Shown: positions 36,768 through 45,826 of the stretch, one piece after another
How positions within the stretch are numbered: the stretch's first letter is position 1
Layout of the letters: each line of letters starts with the position of its first letter
Assembly (NCBI GenBank): GCA_947471565.1
Contig: CANIVT010000009.1
Coordinates: 31,170 to 95,169, forward strand
Source: Spartobacteria bacterium
GTDB lineage: Bacteria > Verrucomicrobiota > Verrucomicrobiia > Chthoniobacterales > UBA6821
Length of the DNA: 64,000 nt
Direction: 5' to 3'
The notes under the pieces: model-generated
What the model was told of the DNA's origin: nothing
Database searches by the model: none
What the model saw: the letters and a program-made list of their open reading frames with translations, nothing else
Translations under genes and position numbers: made by a program

Positions 36768-37691
36768 TCAGAGCGAGTTGGAGGCCTTGGCCGGACGCCC
36801 ACGGGCAGACCAGTTCTGGTAGAGGGCCCAGCCTCGGCGAACCAGCGACATGCCCTCACCTTCGCGATTATTGGAGCCCAGGAGAACGACGATGATGCGG
36901 CGTGGCGTGGTGAAAACGCTGTCCCCCTCACGACGCACTTCAGGGGTTTTTTGGGAGGTCAGGATAATGCATTCACCGGCCTGCGACGTGCGGCCCGTCT
37001 TGCCCCCGTCGATCCCCTCGCTGCCAAGAAGTTTGTTGGTGTTGGAAAGCTGAAGGGCCAGCGACGATCCACCACGCTGCACATGGATCTCACGGGAGGG
37101 TTGGGAAACGTAGAAGGTCAGGCCAGGCTTGGAATAGCCGTAGCGCAGCAGCCGGGCGAGGTCGGCGGCCGTCGAATAGGGACGCGCCTGACCGTCCGGG
37201 ACATCGAGTCCGTGCGGATTCAGGAAGAGGGTGCGGCGCATCCCGAGCTGGCGGGCCAGAGCATTCATGTGGGCGACCGTGTTTCCAACGGGGTCAAGAC
37301 CCGTCGGATTGGGAAGGGAGCGACCCAGATGGTCGGCAAGCGTCACCGCAGCCACATTGTCGGAAGCGAGAAGGCATGCGAAAAGCAGGTCTCGGAGCGT
37401 CAGGGTGTCACCGGCCTGCAGACCCAGCGGATTGATCCCACCGGTCGTGCTAAGGGCGGTTTCGGGAACCACAGCTACCTGGTCTAGATTGGCCCCTTTG
37501 ATCTCCGCCCAGTCGAGGGCGACCATGGCAAGCGCCAGCTTGGTCAGACTCGCGATCTGGGCCTTCCGGTTGGCGGCTCCATCCTCAAGAATACGGCCGG
37601 TTTGATGATCGGCGATGACATAACTCTCCGCACGAAGAGGAACCGCGGCAAAAACCGCCGTCAGGCCAAGAAATAGGAACAGACGCTGCAT
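36768..37691 (-). CDS. D-alanyl-D-alanine carboxypeptidase (S11 penicillin-binding protein)
   Basis: Signal peptide, SxxK 'ASLTK', 'SDN' and 'KTG'. Start placed at ATG 37691. Confidence 0.8.
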   Translation of the reverse strand: MQRLFLFLGLTAVFAAVPLRAESYVIADHQTGRILEDGAANRKAQIASLTKLALAMVALDWAEIKGANLDQVAVVPETALSTTGGINPLGLQAGDTLTLRDLLFACLLASDNVAAVTLADHLGRSLPNPTGLDPVGNTVAHMNALARQLGMRRTLFLNPHGLDVPDGQARPYSTAADLARLLRYGYSKPGLTFYVSQPSREIHVQRGGSSLALQLSNTNKLLGSEGIDGGKTGRTSQAGECIILTSQKTPEVRREGDSVFTTPRRIIVVLLGSNNREGEGMSLVRRGWALYQNWSARGRPAKASNSL

Positions 37692-37912
37692 GGAACATTC
37701 GTGATAAGGCCGGAGGCCGCCTTTTGCAATCCGCCACTCGAGTCTGCTTTTCCTCAAAGCTCAGTAATTTTTGAACGTCTGCCGGGGCAGCCTATCAGAA
37801 TCCAGACCAAGGCTTGGAAGTTTGGATGCCGCGCTAGGACGCCTAGCGAAGCTGTAGCAAGCCTACTGCGAGCGCAGGCGAACAACGCGCGGCGCCAAAA
37901 TCCCAAGTCCCG

Positions 37913-38611
37913 TCATGTACCTTTGGTGTTGCCGAAGAGGTCAATGTGCAGCCGCGGCGCATATCGAAACCCATGTTCGATGCAGACTTCGGCAAGCACC
38001 GGCGCCTTATCCCTCAATGCTTCAGCATCCGTTCCCTCGGGCATGAGCAGGACGCGGTCGCGAGTGAAACTAGGGACGGCACCGACCTCATTAAGCAGCT
38101 CCTCGATCTCGGGAAGTTGCTCCGGTTGGGAGAAAACAAACTTGAGCTGGCACTCATAGTTCTCCATCCACTGCCGAATGACCTCGGGTCGGGAGCGTGT
38201 GGCCTCGTGGCGGGTACTCCAAGCACCGGCCAGTTCCTCAGAGGGGGTGGAGTCGGCGAGTTTCGGACTGAGCGAGGCAAGATGGCAGGCTATCCCCTCC
38301 GGCGGAATCGTGGCGGCAGTCTCGATGGTGATGTGGAGTCCTGCCGACTGAAGGAGGGCCGCCAGCTCCCGGATGCCCGAGGCCACCATCGGCTCGCCGC
38401 CGGTGAGCACCACATGGGGACAGTCGTAAGCTTTCACCCGTCGCGCGATCTCCTCCGGAGTCATCTCCTCACCCTCGGGATTCCACGAGGCGTAGGGTGT
38501 GTCGCACCAACGGCAGCGCAGATTGCATCCCGAGGTGCGGACAAAGACAGAAGGCACGCCGAGAAGAAGTCCCTCCCCCTGTACCGAATGGAAGATTTCC
38601 GAGATCCTCAT
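37913..38611 (-). CDS. queE: 7-carboxy-7-deazaguanine synthase
   Basis: 'EIFHSVQGEG...FVRTSGCNLRCRWCDT' is the radical-SAM motif. The start at ATG 38611 shares one base with the queC stop. Confidence 0.88.
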   Translation of the reverse strand: MRISEIFHSVQGEGLLLGVPSVFVRTSGCNLRCRWCDTPYASWNPEGEEMTPEEIARRVKAYDCPHVVLTGGEPMVASGIRELAALLQSAGLHITIETAATIPPEGIACHLASLSPKLADSTPSEELAGAWSTRHEATRSRPEVIRQWMENYECQLKFVFSQPEQLPEIEELLNEVGAVPSFTRDRVLLMPEGTDAEALRDKAPVLAEVCIEHGFRYAPRLHIDLFGNTKGT

Positions 38612-39291
38612 CAGGGGTTTTCCGGAAGTGGGGCTGTCGAGGCGTACTCCGTGGGATCGGAAATTCCGGCCAACTGAAACGCCTCGCGGCGCTCCACGCA
38701 GGTGCCGCAAGCCCCGCAATGGATCTCCCCGCCCTTGTAGCAGGACCAGGTCCTGGAAAAATCGACGCCCAGCTCCGCTCCTCTCCGGGCGATGCCAGCC
38801 TTGTCAGTCGCCACGAAGGGGCGGAGCAGACGAATCCCGGCATAGGTTCCGGCGCGAATCGCCTCGGCCATGGGTGCGAGAAATTCCTCCCGACAGTCGG
38901 GGTAGATCGCGTGGTCGCCCGCGTGCGCCGCAATCACCACTCCCTCCGCTCCACGACTTTCTGCAAACCCGGCTGCGATGGCGAGCATGATACCGTTGCG
39001 GAACGGGACGACCGTCCGCTTCATCGACTCCTCCTCGTAGTGACCCTCGGGGATGTCACCCCCACTTTTCAGGAGGTCCGAGGAAAACTCCTCGGCGACG
39101 AAACCGAGAGGGGCGATGCGATGGGGGATCCTCGCCTGCGCGCAGTGCCACGAGGCCATCGGAAGTTCCCGCGCATGATGCTTGGCCCCATAGTCGAAAC
39201 TCAGGCCAGCGACCACCTCGTGCGCACGCAGCGCATCGTGGAAGGCGGTGACCGAATCCATCCCGCCGCTGAGCAGGACGACAACCTTCAC
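38611..39291 (-). CDS. queC: 7-cyano-7-deazaguanine synthase
   Basis: 'VVLLSGGMDS' and a C-terminal Zn cluster, 'CGACGTCVER'. The GTG start at 39291 forms a GTGA overlap with the queF stop. Confidence 0.9.
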   Translation of the reverse strand: MKVVVLLSGGMDSVTAFHDALRAHEVVAGLSFDYGAKHHARELPMASWHCAQARIPHRIAPLGFVAEEFSSDLLKSGGDIPEGHYEEESMKRTVVPFRNGIMLAIAAGFAESRGAEGVVIAAHAGDHAIYPDCREEFLAPMAEAIRAGTYAGIRLLRPFVATDKAGIARRGAELGVDFSRTWSCYKGGEIHCGACGTCVERREAFQLAGISDPTEYASTAPLPENP

Positions 39292-39752
39292 CGGGATTTC
39301 GATGCCCGGCGGGCGGATGTGCTTGCGGCCTCGTGCCGCGCCTCGACGCGGATACCGATACCGCCGCGCGGAGCAAAATCCCCGATCACGATCGCGCTCC
39401 GAGGAGCAACGGCCTCGACCACATCGGAAAGGATCCTGTTGGTGATCGCCTCGGCAAAGACCGCCTGGTTGCGGAATGCACCCAGGTATTGCTTGAGCGA
39501 CTTGCTCTCGATGCACCGCCGGTCAGGAATGTAACGGATGGTGATCGAGGCATAGTCGGGCTGCCCCGTCACAGGACAAAGCGAGGTGAATTCCGGGGTC
39601 GAGAAGGTGACCTCATAGGGCCGGGGCGAAGGACTGGGGAAACTCTCGAGAACGGCATCGTCGGGCGAGGAGAGTTGGGACATTGACCCGCCACCGAGGA
39701 GGGTCAGGCCGGCAGAGGCAGCTGGTTTTTTGGATCGCGAGGTTTTGGCCAT
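39288..39752 (-). CDS. queF: NADPH-dependent 7-cyano-7-deazaguanine reductase
   Basis: 'EFTSLCPVTGQPDYASITIRYIP' and 'ESKSLKQYL' match the type I QueF motif. Confidence 0.88.
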   Translation of the reverse strand: MAKTSRSKKPAASAGLTLLGGGSMSQLSSPDDAVLESFPSPSPRPYEVTFSTPEFTSLCPVTGQPDYASITIRYIPDRRCIESKSLKQYLGAFRNQAVFAEAITNRILSDVVEAVAPRSAIVIGDFAPRGGIGIRVEARHEAASTSARRASKSR

Positions 39753-39859
39753 GTGATGATCGTCCCGCAGAGCCGCCGGTGCGCCAAGCCCGAAGTCAGC
39801 GCCCTTGCACTATCCGCCCCCTTTCCAAGGATTGTGGAGTGGTGTCTAATCGATTGACC

Positions 39860-41320
39860 ATGCGCACCGCCCGCCGCCGCCCAGGACTTTCCATGGTCGT
39901 CCCATTGGTTCTCGCCGCCGTTCTCCTGCTCGGCGCGGGAGCCGGATTCCTGGTGCTTTTGCGGTGGGTTCAGAGTGAGGAGTGTCATGCCCTGCTCGAG
40001 AGCAAGGCCTCGGAGGCCTTGGCCGGAAAAGCCGAGTTCGGTCCGCTGGAGTGGCTCTGGGTCGGCGTGGCATCGCCGCAGGTAAAAGCCTTTTCAGGTG
40101 ACGGAGCCAGGCCGCATTCGATGGAAGCCGGCAATGTACGCGCGCGCCTACGCCTTGCCTCCCTCCTGCAAGGTTGCTGGGCCGTCGAGGAGATCTCCAT
40201 GGAGAAGGCCCGGCTTCATTTTGCAGCCGCCGTCCCCGCCCAACTCAAGGAAGGTGCGCAGGCCTCCTCGCGTGACCCCGCGCCACCTCTCCGACTTCCC
40301 TCCTGGATTCCGTCCGTTCTGGTCGTGGAAGCGATCCGGAGCAGCAAAACGGACCTGCTCTTTGACCTGCCCGAGGGGAAGATGCTGGAACTTCTCGGGA
40401 CGAAGCTCGAGGTCTATCCCGAAAAGGCGGATTTTCGCCTCGAGGCGCACGGAGGCACGATGATCTGGACTCAGTTTCCGGGATTCCAACCAGATCTTCT
40501 CTGGGCGAGAGGCCGACTCAGGGAGGGGCGCCTGCGGATCAACGGTGCGGAATTGGGTTTTTCCGGAGGGGGATCGGCGGGCTTCGAGGGTGAATTTCCC
40601 GATCCGGAAGGCATCTCCCATATCAGGCTTCACTGCAAGGGACTGCCCATCGGCGATGTCTTACCCACTGCTTCGACCATGGTCAGCGGCACCATCTCCG
40701 GCGAGGGAGAGGCTTCCTGGACCCCTTTGGAGTCACGTTCCATGGAAGGCAGGGTGGCCGTCAATGACGCCTCAGTTCACAGCGTGCCGGCCCTCGACGA
40801 GCTCGCTGCCTTCACTGGCATGGAGCAATTCCGCAACCTCTCACTCAAGAAAGCCTCGGCGAGCTTTACCCGCGTTGGAGGCATCACCCGATGGAGGGAA
40901 ATCATCCTTGAGGCACCGGGCGTGCTCAAAGTGACGGGTGAGGCCGAGGTGGGTAGCAGCGGCTCACTGTCGGGAACGTTTCAGGCGGGCGTGACAACCG
41001 ATATCGTGCGCGTCATCCCGATGATGGCCAAGGAACTCCTTTCGGCCGAGGAGCGCGACGGCTACTTCTGGATACCGGTGCATGTTGGGGGAAGTCTCGA
41101 ACACCCGACAGAGGACCTCCGGCCGCGCCTAGTGACTGCGATCGCCGCCAAGGCCTCCGGGGTGATCCGCAGCGGGATCGATGAGGGCCTCAAGATCCTG
41201 GGAATCAAGTCCGGAACCCCCTCCGTAAAAGATGCGGAACAGGCGGCGACCAATGCCGTGAAATCCCTCGAAAAAGATGCCGGATCCGTGATCGATGCGG
41301 TCGGTGGATTTCTGAAGTAG
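39860..41320 (+). CDS. hypothetical membrane-anchored protein (AsmA-like, weak)
   Basis: Trimmed to ATG 39860. It has an N-terminal TM segment 'LSMVVPLVLAAVLLLGAGAGFLVLL'. The C-terminal 'YFWIPVHVGGSLEHP' recalls AsmA-family C-termini. Confidence 0.4.
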   Translation: MRTARRRPGLSMVVPLVLAAVLLLGAGAGFLVLLRWVQSEECHALLESKASEALAGKAEFGPLEWLWVGVASPQVKAFSGDGARPHSMEAGNVRARLRLASLLQGCWAVEEISMEKARLHFAAAVPAQLKEGAQASSRDPAPPLRLPSWIPSVLVVEAIRSSKTDLLFDLPEGKMLELLGTKLEVYPEKADFRLEAHGGTMIWTQFPGFQPDLLWARGRLREGRLRINGAELGFSGGGSAGFEGEFPDPEGISHIRLHCKGLPIGDVLPTASTMVSGTISGEGEASWTPLESRSMEGRVAVNDASVHSVPALDELAAFTGMEQFRNLSLKKASASFTRVGGITRWREIILEAPGVLKVTGEAEVGSSGSLSGTFQAGVTTDIVRVIPMMAKELLSAEERDGYFWIPVHVGGSLEHPTEDLRPRLVTAIAAKASGVIRSGIDEGLKILGIKSGTPSVKDAEQAATNAVKSLEKDAGSVIDAVGGFLK

Positions 41321-41322
41321 CC

Positions 41323-42222
41323 TCACCCGACTCTTTTCAGAATTGCCTCAACAGGCTCTTCCGGATCCCCCGCGCTGGAAAGATCGAGCGTCAAGAAATC
41401 GTGCTGATGACGAAACCAGGTCATTTGACGCTTTGCATAGCGACGCGTGGCGACCGCGATGCGGGTGATGCATTCTGCCCGCGATGCCTCCCCGCGAAGG
41501 AGGGCACGAATATCGGCAAGGCCGAGGGTCTTGGAAGCCGTAGACCCGGTTGATTCCTCGGGGAGGGCAGCTACCTCCTCTTCCACTCCTTGTGCAAACA
41601 TGGCCGCCACATTGGCCGCGATCCGGGCGGTGATCTCTTCCCGGTCTCTGGTGATCAGGAATCCATGGACTCCTGCCGGCGTGGCCACCCGGCCTGCACC
41701 ACGATCCAGCGGTCGGCCCGTGAGCATCACGATTTCAAGAGCCCGTTCCACACGGCGACGGTTGGCCGGATCGACGGAGGAGGCGCCTTCCGGATCGAGA
41801 GCGTGCAGCCGCGCGACCAAGGTTGGCAGTTCCAGGGCGGCAAGTTCCTCGCGGAGATCCGGGTCGCGGGGAGGCAGTTCGTCAAGACCCCCAAGAAGAG
41901 CCTTCAGGTAAAGACCTGTGCCGCCGACAACAATGGGCCGATTGCCGCGTGCACTGATGGCCTGCAGTACTTCCAACGCATCGCGACGATAGCGCGCCGC
42001 ATCATAGGATTCACTGGGATCGACACACCCGACGAGATGATGGGGTATCTCGGCTCTTTGCTTGAGTGTCGGCTGTGCCGTGAGAATCGGGAGCCCCATG
42101 TAAATCTGGAAGGCATCGGCTCCGACGATCTCCCCCCCGAGGCGCTTCGCCAGCAGGAGGGAGAGGGAGGTTTTGCCGGCCCCTGTGGGACCGGCAAGAA
42201 CAATCGTTTCCGCGGGAATCAC
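41323..42222 (-). CDS. miaA: tRNA dimethylallyltransferase
   Basis: Motifs 'LAGPTGAGKTSLS', 'PHHL' and 'YAKRQMTWFR'. Confidence 0.92.
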   Translation of the reverse strand: MIPAETIVLAGPTGAGKTSLSLLLAKRLGGEIVGADAFQIYMGLPILTAQPTLKQRAEIPHHLVGCVDPSESYDAARYRRDALEVLQAISARGNRPIVVGGTGLYLKALLGGLDELPPRDPDLREELAALELPTLVARLHALDPEGASSVDPANRRRVERALEIVMLTGRPLDRGAGRVATPAGVHGFLITRDREEITARIAANVAAMFAQGVEEEVAALPEESTGSTASKTLGLADIRALLRGEASRAECITRIAVATRRYAKRQMTWFRHQHDFLTLDLSSAGDPEEPVEAILKRVG

Positions 42223-42243
42223 GGAAACAAAAGTGAATAAGAC

Positions 42244-42864
42244 TTAGGCTGCGGCAGCCTCGGACTCTGGGGAGTCCTGGGACTCGTCGCGGCGGGCAGG
42301 ACGCTCGCCACGTGACTCGGGAGCGGCCTTGGCTCCGCTCACCACGAGCTTGCGGCCCATGTACTCCTTGTCGTGAAGTTCGTCGACGGCGCGCTTGGCC
42401 TCCTCGACCGAAGAGAGCTGGACGAACCCAAAACCCTTCGAGCGATGGGTCTCACGGTTGCAGACGATCTCGACATTCTGGACGGAACCGACCCCGCTGA
42501 AGAGCTCGAGCAGGTCGCTTTCCGTCGCGTCAAAGGAGAGGTTGCCGACATAGACGCGTGGCGTGGTCACCTCGATGCGCTCGGGCTTGCGGGCCTCGCG
42601 ACGAGGGGATGCACCCTCGGGACGGTCGGTCCGGGGGCTGCGCTGAGGCTTGCCGGAGGTCTGTTTCTTGGAGCCGATGCCGAAAACGCCGAGGATTTTG
42701 GCAAAAAGGCCCTTCTTCTTAGCGGGTTGGCGCGGTGTGCGCTCCTCGGAACGGGGAGCGCCGGAACGGCCACCCCTGCTTGAGGAACCGGAGGGAGAGC
42801 GGCGACGGCCGCTGCGGGAACGGCCGCCCCTGTTGGAGGAGCCGGAGGAATAATTCGAGGACAT
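42244..42864 (-). CDS. RRM-domain RNA-binding protein with long R/S/G-rich N-terminal tail
   Basis: RNP2 'VYVGNL' and RNP1 'KGFGFVQL'. Start at ATG 42864. The N-terminal ~110 aa are low-complexity RS/RGG-like. Confidence 0.85.
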   Translation of the reverse strand: MSSNYSSGSSNRGGRSRSGRRRSPSGSSSRGGRSGAPRSEERTPRQPAKKKGLFAKILGVFGIGSKKQTSGKPQRSPRTDRPEGASPRREARKPERIEVTTPRVYVGNLSFDATESDLLELFSGVGSVQNVEIVCNRETHRSKGFGFVQLSSVEEAKRAVDELHDKEYMGRKLVVSGAKAAPESRGERPARRDESQDSPESEAAAA

Positions 42865-43247
42865 GGTATGTGGGTGTGTTGGGGATCCCCGGTGGTGCGC
42901 GGCCCGGGACACTGGCCGGGCGGGCGGGGATCAGGACTGTTTGTGTTCGTTCGTTGCGTGTGTGTTGAGGGCCCGTTCTCGTGACCTCCCTGGTGTGTCC
43001 CGGCCCCCGGTCCTTCGAAAAGGAGTCCACGGGGCTCTGGGGAGGCTGCTCCGGCGTTCGATGCCGTGCGTGCCGCGTAGGAAATGCGGGAAATATCCCC
43101 CGCTTCAAACGGGCGCCGTTGGTAACGGGCAGGCATCTCTCTCGCACCGAATACCGCCCGCTTCAAGGGAAATCGGTTCCCATCACAGGGCAGGGCCTAA
43201 TCGGAGGACGATTTTTCATGCAACGATAGGACGTGAGCGGTGTTTGA

Positions 43248-44348
43248 ATGGAGATCATGTTGTCCACCCTGCCCAAAAGAACCCTTCTCCTCGGCGGAAC
43301 GGTCATCGTGCTTGCGATTCTACTGGTCGCACGGTGGATCTCGGACTGGGGATTGGTCACGATTCACGTGAAGGATGCCCCGCTTTCCAAGGTGACCTCT
43401 TCCATCGCCCGCCAGGGACATGTCACCGTGGAAACCTCCCTGGATCCTTCGACGAAGGTCAGCATGGATGCCGACCTCGTGACGGTAGCCGAAGCTGTGG
43501 ATCAATTGGCCCAGATCACGGATTCCTCATGGCGCGGTGTGATTGTCACGGCACCAACCAAATTGGCGTTGTCCGAGGGCGTTTCCATGCTACGGGCAGG
43601 CCCCGATCCTGAGGGGTGGAGCGTCTTCTACTATCCTCTTTCACCAATGATGTCGCCGGACGAGACGGCCATGGATCCTCGATCCCTGCGGTGGAACGTC
43701 CAAGGGCCGGACAGGGAAGTTGGCAAACTTCTCGATGAAGCGGCCCAGAAAAGCGGTGCCATGATCGTGATGCCCAAGGATTGGAGTGCGACGGTTCCCC
43801 GCCTCCCCACGTCGTCGGCAACGGCCAGGGCAGTCCATGATTTGGTGGGATCCGTCCGTGGGCGAGATCTCTCTTTTTACTATCTCACGGCACGCGAGCG
43901 CCGCCGCTGGGAAGATGGACCGACTGAAGACAGATCGCGAGAATCATCCCCGCCACCCCCATCCTCGGTCGCAGCCGCGTCTTCACTAGCGGCACCGTCG
44001 ACGCTCACAACCCAGCCTACCCTTGCCGCCGCTCGCCGTCCCGAAGCCAAGGCCGAGTGGATGGATCAACGGATCAAGGCGACCATCAACGCCTTGCCAG
44101 CCTTCAAACAGGTCGAGGCCAAAAAGGAATACGAGGAGGCCAAGGCATTTCGGGACAGTTTAAAAAGCCTCTCCTCGGAGGAACGTCGTCAAAAGATGAA
44201 GGAACGGATGGCCGATCCGAGATTCGCGGAGAAAATGGCGGATCGGATGCTGCTGCGTGACTCTCGCCGGACGGCCCAGCAGCGGATTTCCCGCTCCGTC
44301 AACTACCTGAACAGGAAGGCCTCGATCCAGGCGGCTCAACCCCACTGA
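43248..44348 (+). CDS. hypothetical membrane-anchored protein (STN/secretin-N-like segments, coiled-coil tail)
   Basis: N-terminal TM segment. 'VTIHVKDAPLSKVTSSIARQGHVTVE...VTVAEAVDQLAQIT' resembles STN/FecR-C type domains. The C-terminus is rich in K/E/R. Confidence 0.45.
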   Translation: MEIMLSTLPKRTLLLGGTVIVLAILLVARWISDWGLVTIHVKDAPLSKVTSSIARQGHVTVETSLDPSTKVSMDADLVTVAEAVDQLAQITDSSWRGVIVTAPTKLALSEGVSMLRAGPDPEGWSVFYYPLSPMMSPDETAMDPRSLRWNVQGPDREVGKLLDEAAQKSGAMIVMPKDWSATVPRLPTSSATARAVHDLVGSVRGRDLSFYYLTARERRRWEDGPTEDRSRESSPPPPSSVAAASSLAAPSTLTTQPTLAAARRPEAKAEWMDQRIKATINALPAFKQVEAKKEYEEAKAFRDSLKSLSSEERRQKMKERMADPRFAEKMADRMLLRDSRRTAQQRISRSVNYLNRKASIQAAQPH

Positions 44349-44350
44349 TC

Positions 44351-44890
44351 ATGAAACGCACTCCTTCAGCCTTCACGTTGGTCGAACTTCTGGTCGTGAT
44401 CTCCATCATCGCGATGCTTGCCTCCCTGATGATGCCAGCGATCCGATCAGGATTGGAGCAAGCCAAGAAAGCAAAGTGCATGTCCAATCTCACGCAGATC
44501 GGAAACGCCGTGCAGCAATACATCGCGGATCCCGAGAACGGTCACCGTTACCCGCCTATTTACAGTGTCTCCGTCTCCTCCGCAGACATGAGCGCAGGTA
44601 CCGCACCGACCGCGCCGCTCACCCCACTTTCCTGTCTGGGCAACTACGGCATCACGCTCCCCGTCCTCAGCTGCCCCTCGGACAAATCACCCGACACCAA
44701 TTACGGCAGTTACATCTGGTCGCCAATCCTTCAGGGGGAGCAGCCCGAGGATGTTCATATCTACACGCCGGGCGGCATCTTCACCGTTTCATCGCTCAGC
44801 AAAATGACCGTCTGTACCGACGTCGGACGTCCGCATCTTCGGAAATTCAACGTGCTGAAGGCTGACGGCCACGTTGAATCAAGACCGTAA
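44351..44890 (+). CDS. prepilin-type H-X9-DG family protein
   Basis: 'SAFTLVELLVVISIIAML' plus C-terminal 'HLRKFNVLKADGHV' (H-X9-DG). Its start lies 3 nt after the upstream stop. Confidence 0.82.
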   Translation: MKRTPSAFTLVELLVVISIIAMLASLMMPAIRSGLEQAKKAKCMSNLTQIGNAVQQYIADPENGHRYPPIYSVSVSSADMSAGTAPTAPLTPLSCLGNYGITLPVLSCPSDKSPDTNYGSYIWSPILQGEQPEDVHIYTPGGIFTVSSLSKMTVCTDVGRPHLRKFNVLKADGHVESRP

Positions 44891-44965
44891 CCCTAACCCG
44901 GGTAGGGCTTCCCGTCATTTCGTTTCGACTTTCAGATTCACCGCTTTCCGCTTTTTCTACATTCC

Positions 44966-45826
44966 ATGCCCACGACCCTGCTCATGACCCTCGACTGTGC
45001 CGACCGCGTCGGCCTGCTAGCCCGGATCACAGGTTTCGTTGCCTCCCAGAAGGGAAATTTCACCGAGGTTCACCAGTACACGGACTCCATCAATGGCTGG
45101 TTCTTCGCCCGCTTTGCCTTCGAGGTGCCAGAAGGAACGACCTTGGAATCCGTACGCCGCGACTTTTCAGCCGTGGCCGTGGAACTCAATGCCAGCTGGA
45201 ATATCCGCGATCAGGGGCGACCCCTGCGAACCGTGCTTTTGGTGAGCCGAGAGGATCACTGCCTCGCCGACATGATCTGGCGCTGGCGCTCCCGTGAAAT
45301 GAATATTGAGGTGCCACTCGTCATCTCCAACCACGACACCCTGAGAGCGCAGGTGGAAAAAGAAGGGCTTCCCTTCCTCCATATCCCTGTTCCGGCCGAT
45401 CTCCCCGGCAAGGAAGCAGCCTTTCGCAGGATCAGCGATGCGATCTGCGACGTCTCGGGTGAGCTGAGCATCCTCTGCCGCTACATGCAGATCATGCCCG
45501 ACTGGTTCTGCGAGGAACACCTCAACCGGGTCATCAACATCCATCACTCCCTGCTTCCCGCCTTTGCCGGCGCGGATCCCTACCGGAAGGCCTACGACCG
45601 CGGTGTGAAACTCATCGGCGCTACCTGCCACTACGCCACGGCTGAGCTCGACGCCGGACCAATCATCCATCAGCAGATGATCCCCGTGGAGCATTACCAC
45701 ACCCCGGCCGATATGAGGCGTCTCGGACGCGACTGCGAACGCCTCACCCTGGCCCGCGGCGTCCGCCTCCATGTCGAGGACCGTGTCGTGGTGCACGGTT
45801 CGCGCGCGATTGTCTTCGGGGGATAG
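44966..45826 (+). CDS. purU: formyltetrahydrofolate deformylase
   Basis: N-terminal ACT domain, then 'INIHHSLLPAF.G..PY..A...GVKLIGATCHY'. Confidence 0.92.
   Translation: MPTTLLMTLDCADRVGLLARITGFVASQKGNFTEVHQYTDSINGWFFARFAFEVPEGTTLESVRRDFSAVAVELNASWNIRDQGRPLRTVLLVSREDHCLADMIWRWRSREMNIEVPLVISNHDTLRAQVEKEGLPFLHIPVPADLPGKEAAFRRISDAICDVSGELSILCRYMQIMPDWFCEEHLNRVINIHHSLLPAFAGADPYRKAYDRGVKLIGATCHYATAELDAGPIIHQQMIPVEHYHTPADMRRLGRDCERLTLARGVRLHVEDRVVVHGSRAIVFGG

Noticed and set aside
37832-37848. Perfect 7-bp hairpin 'cgctagg acg cctagcg' between queE and the carboxypeptidase gene
   Set aside because: It is probably just a transcript-end stem for queE. It has no U-tract and I found no second copy, so it is too weak to call as a feature.
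39753-39859. Possible preQ1 riboswitch upstream of queF
   Set aside because: I read the minus-strand leader and found no preQ1-I-like hairpin with an A-rich tail, nor any other aptamer signature I recognise. A covariance-model scan is needed to be sure.
42913-43247. A structured housekeeping ncRNA (6S, SRP RNA or RNase P RNA) in the 335-nt divergent region upstream of the RRM gene
   Set aside because: I found no conserved core motifs of these RNAs. The region is better explained as long 5' leaders and promoters; the GT/CA-rich tracts are reported with the RRM gene.
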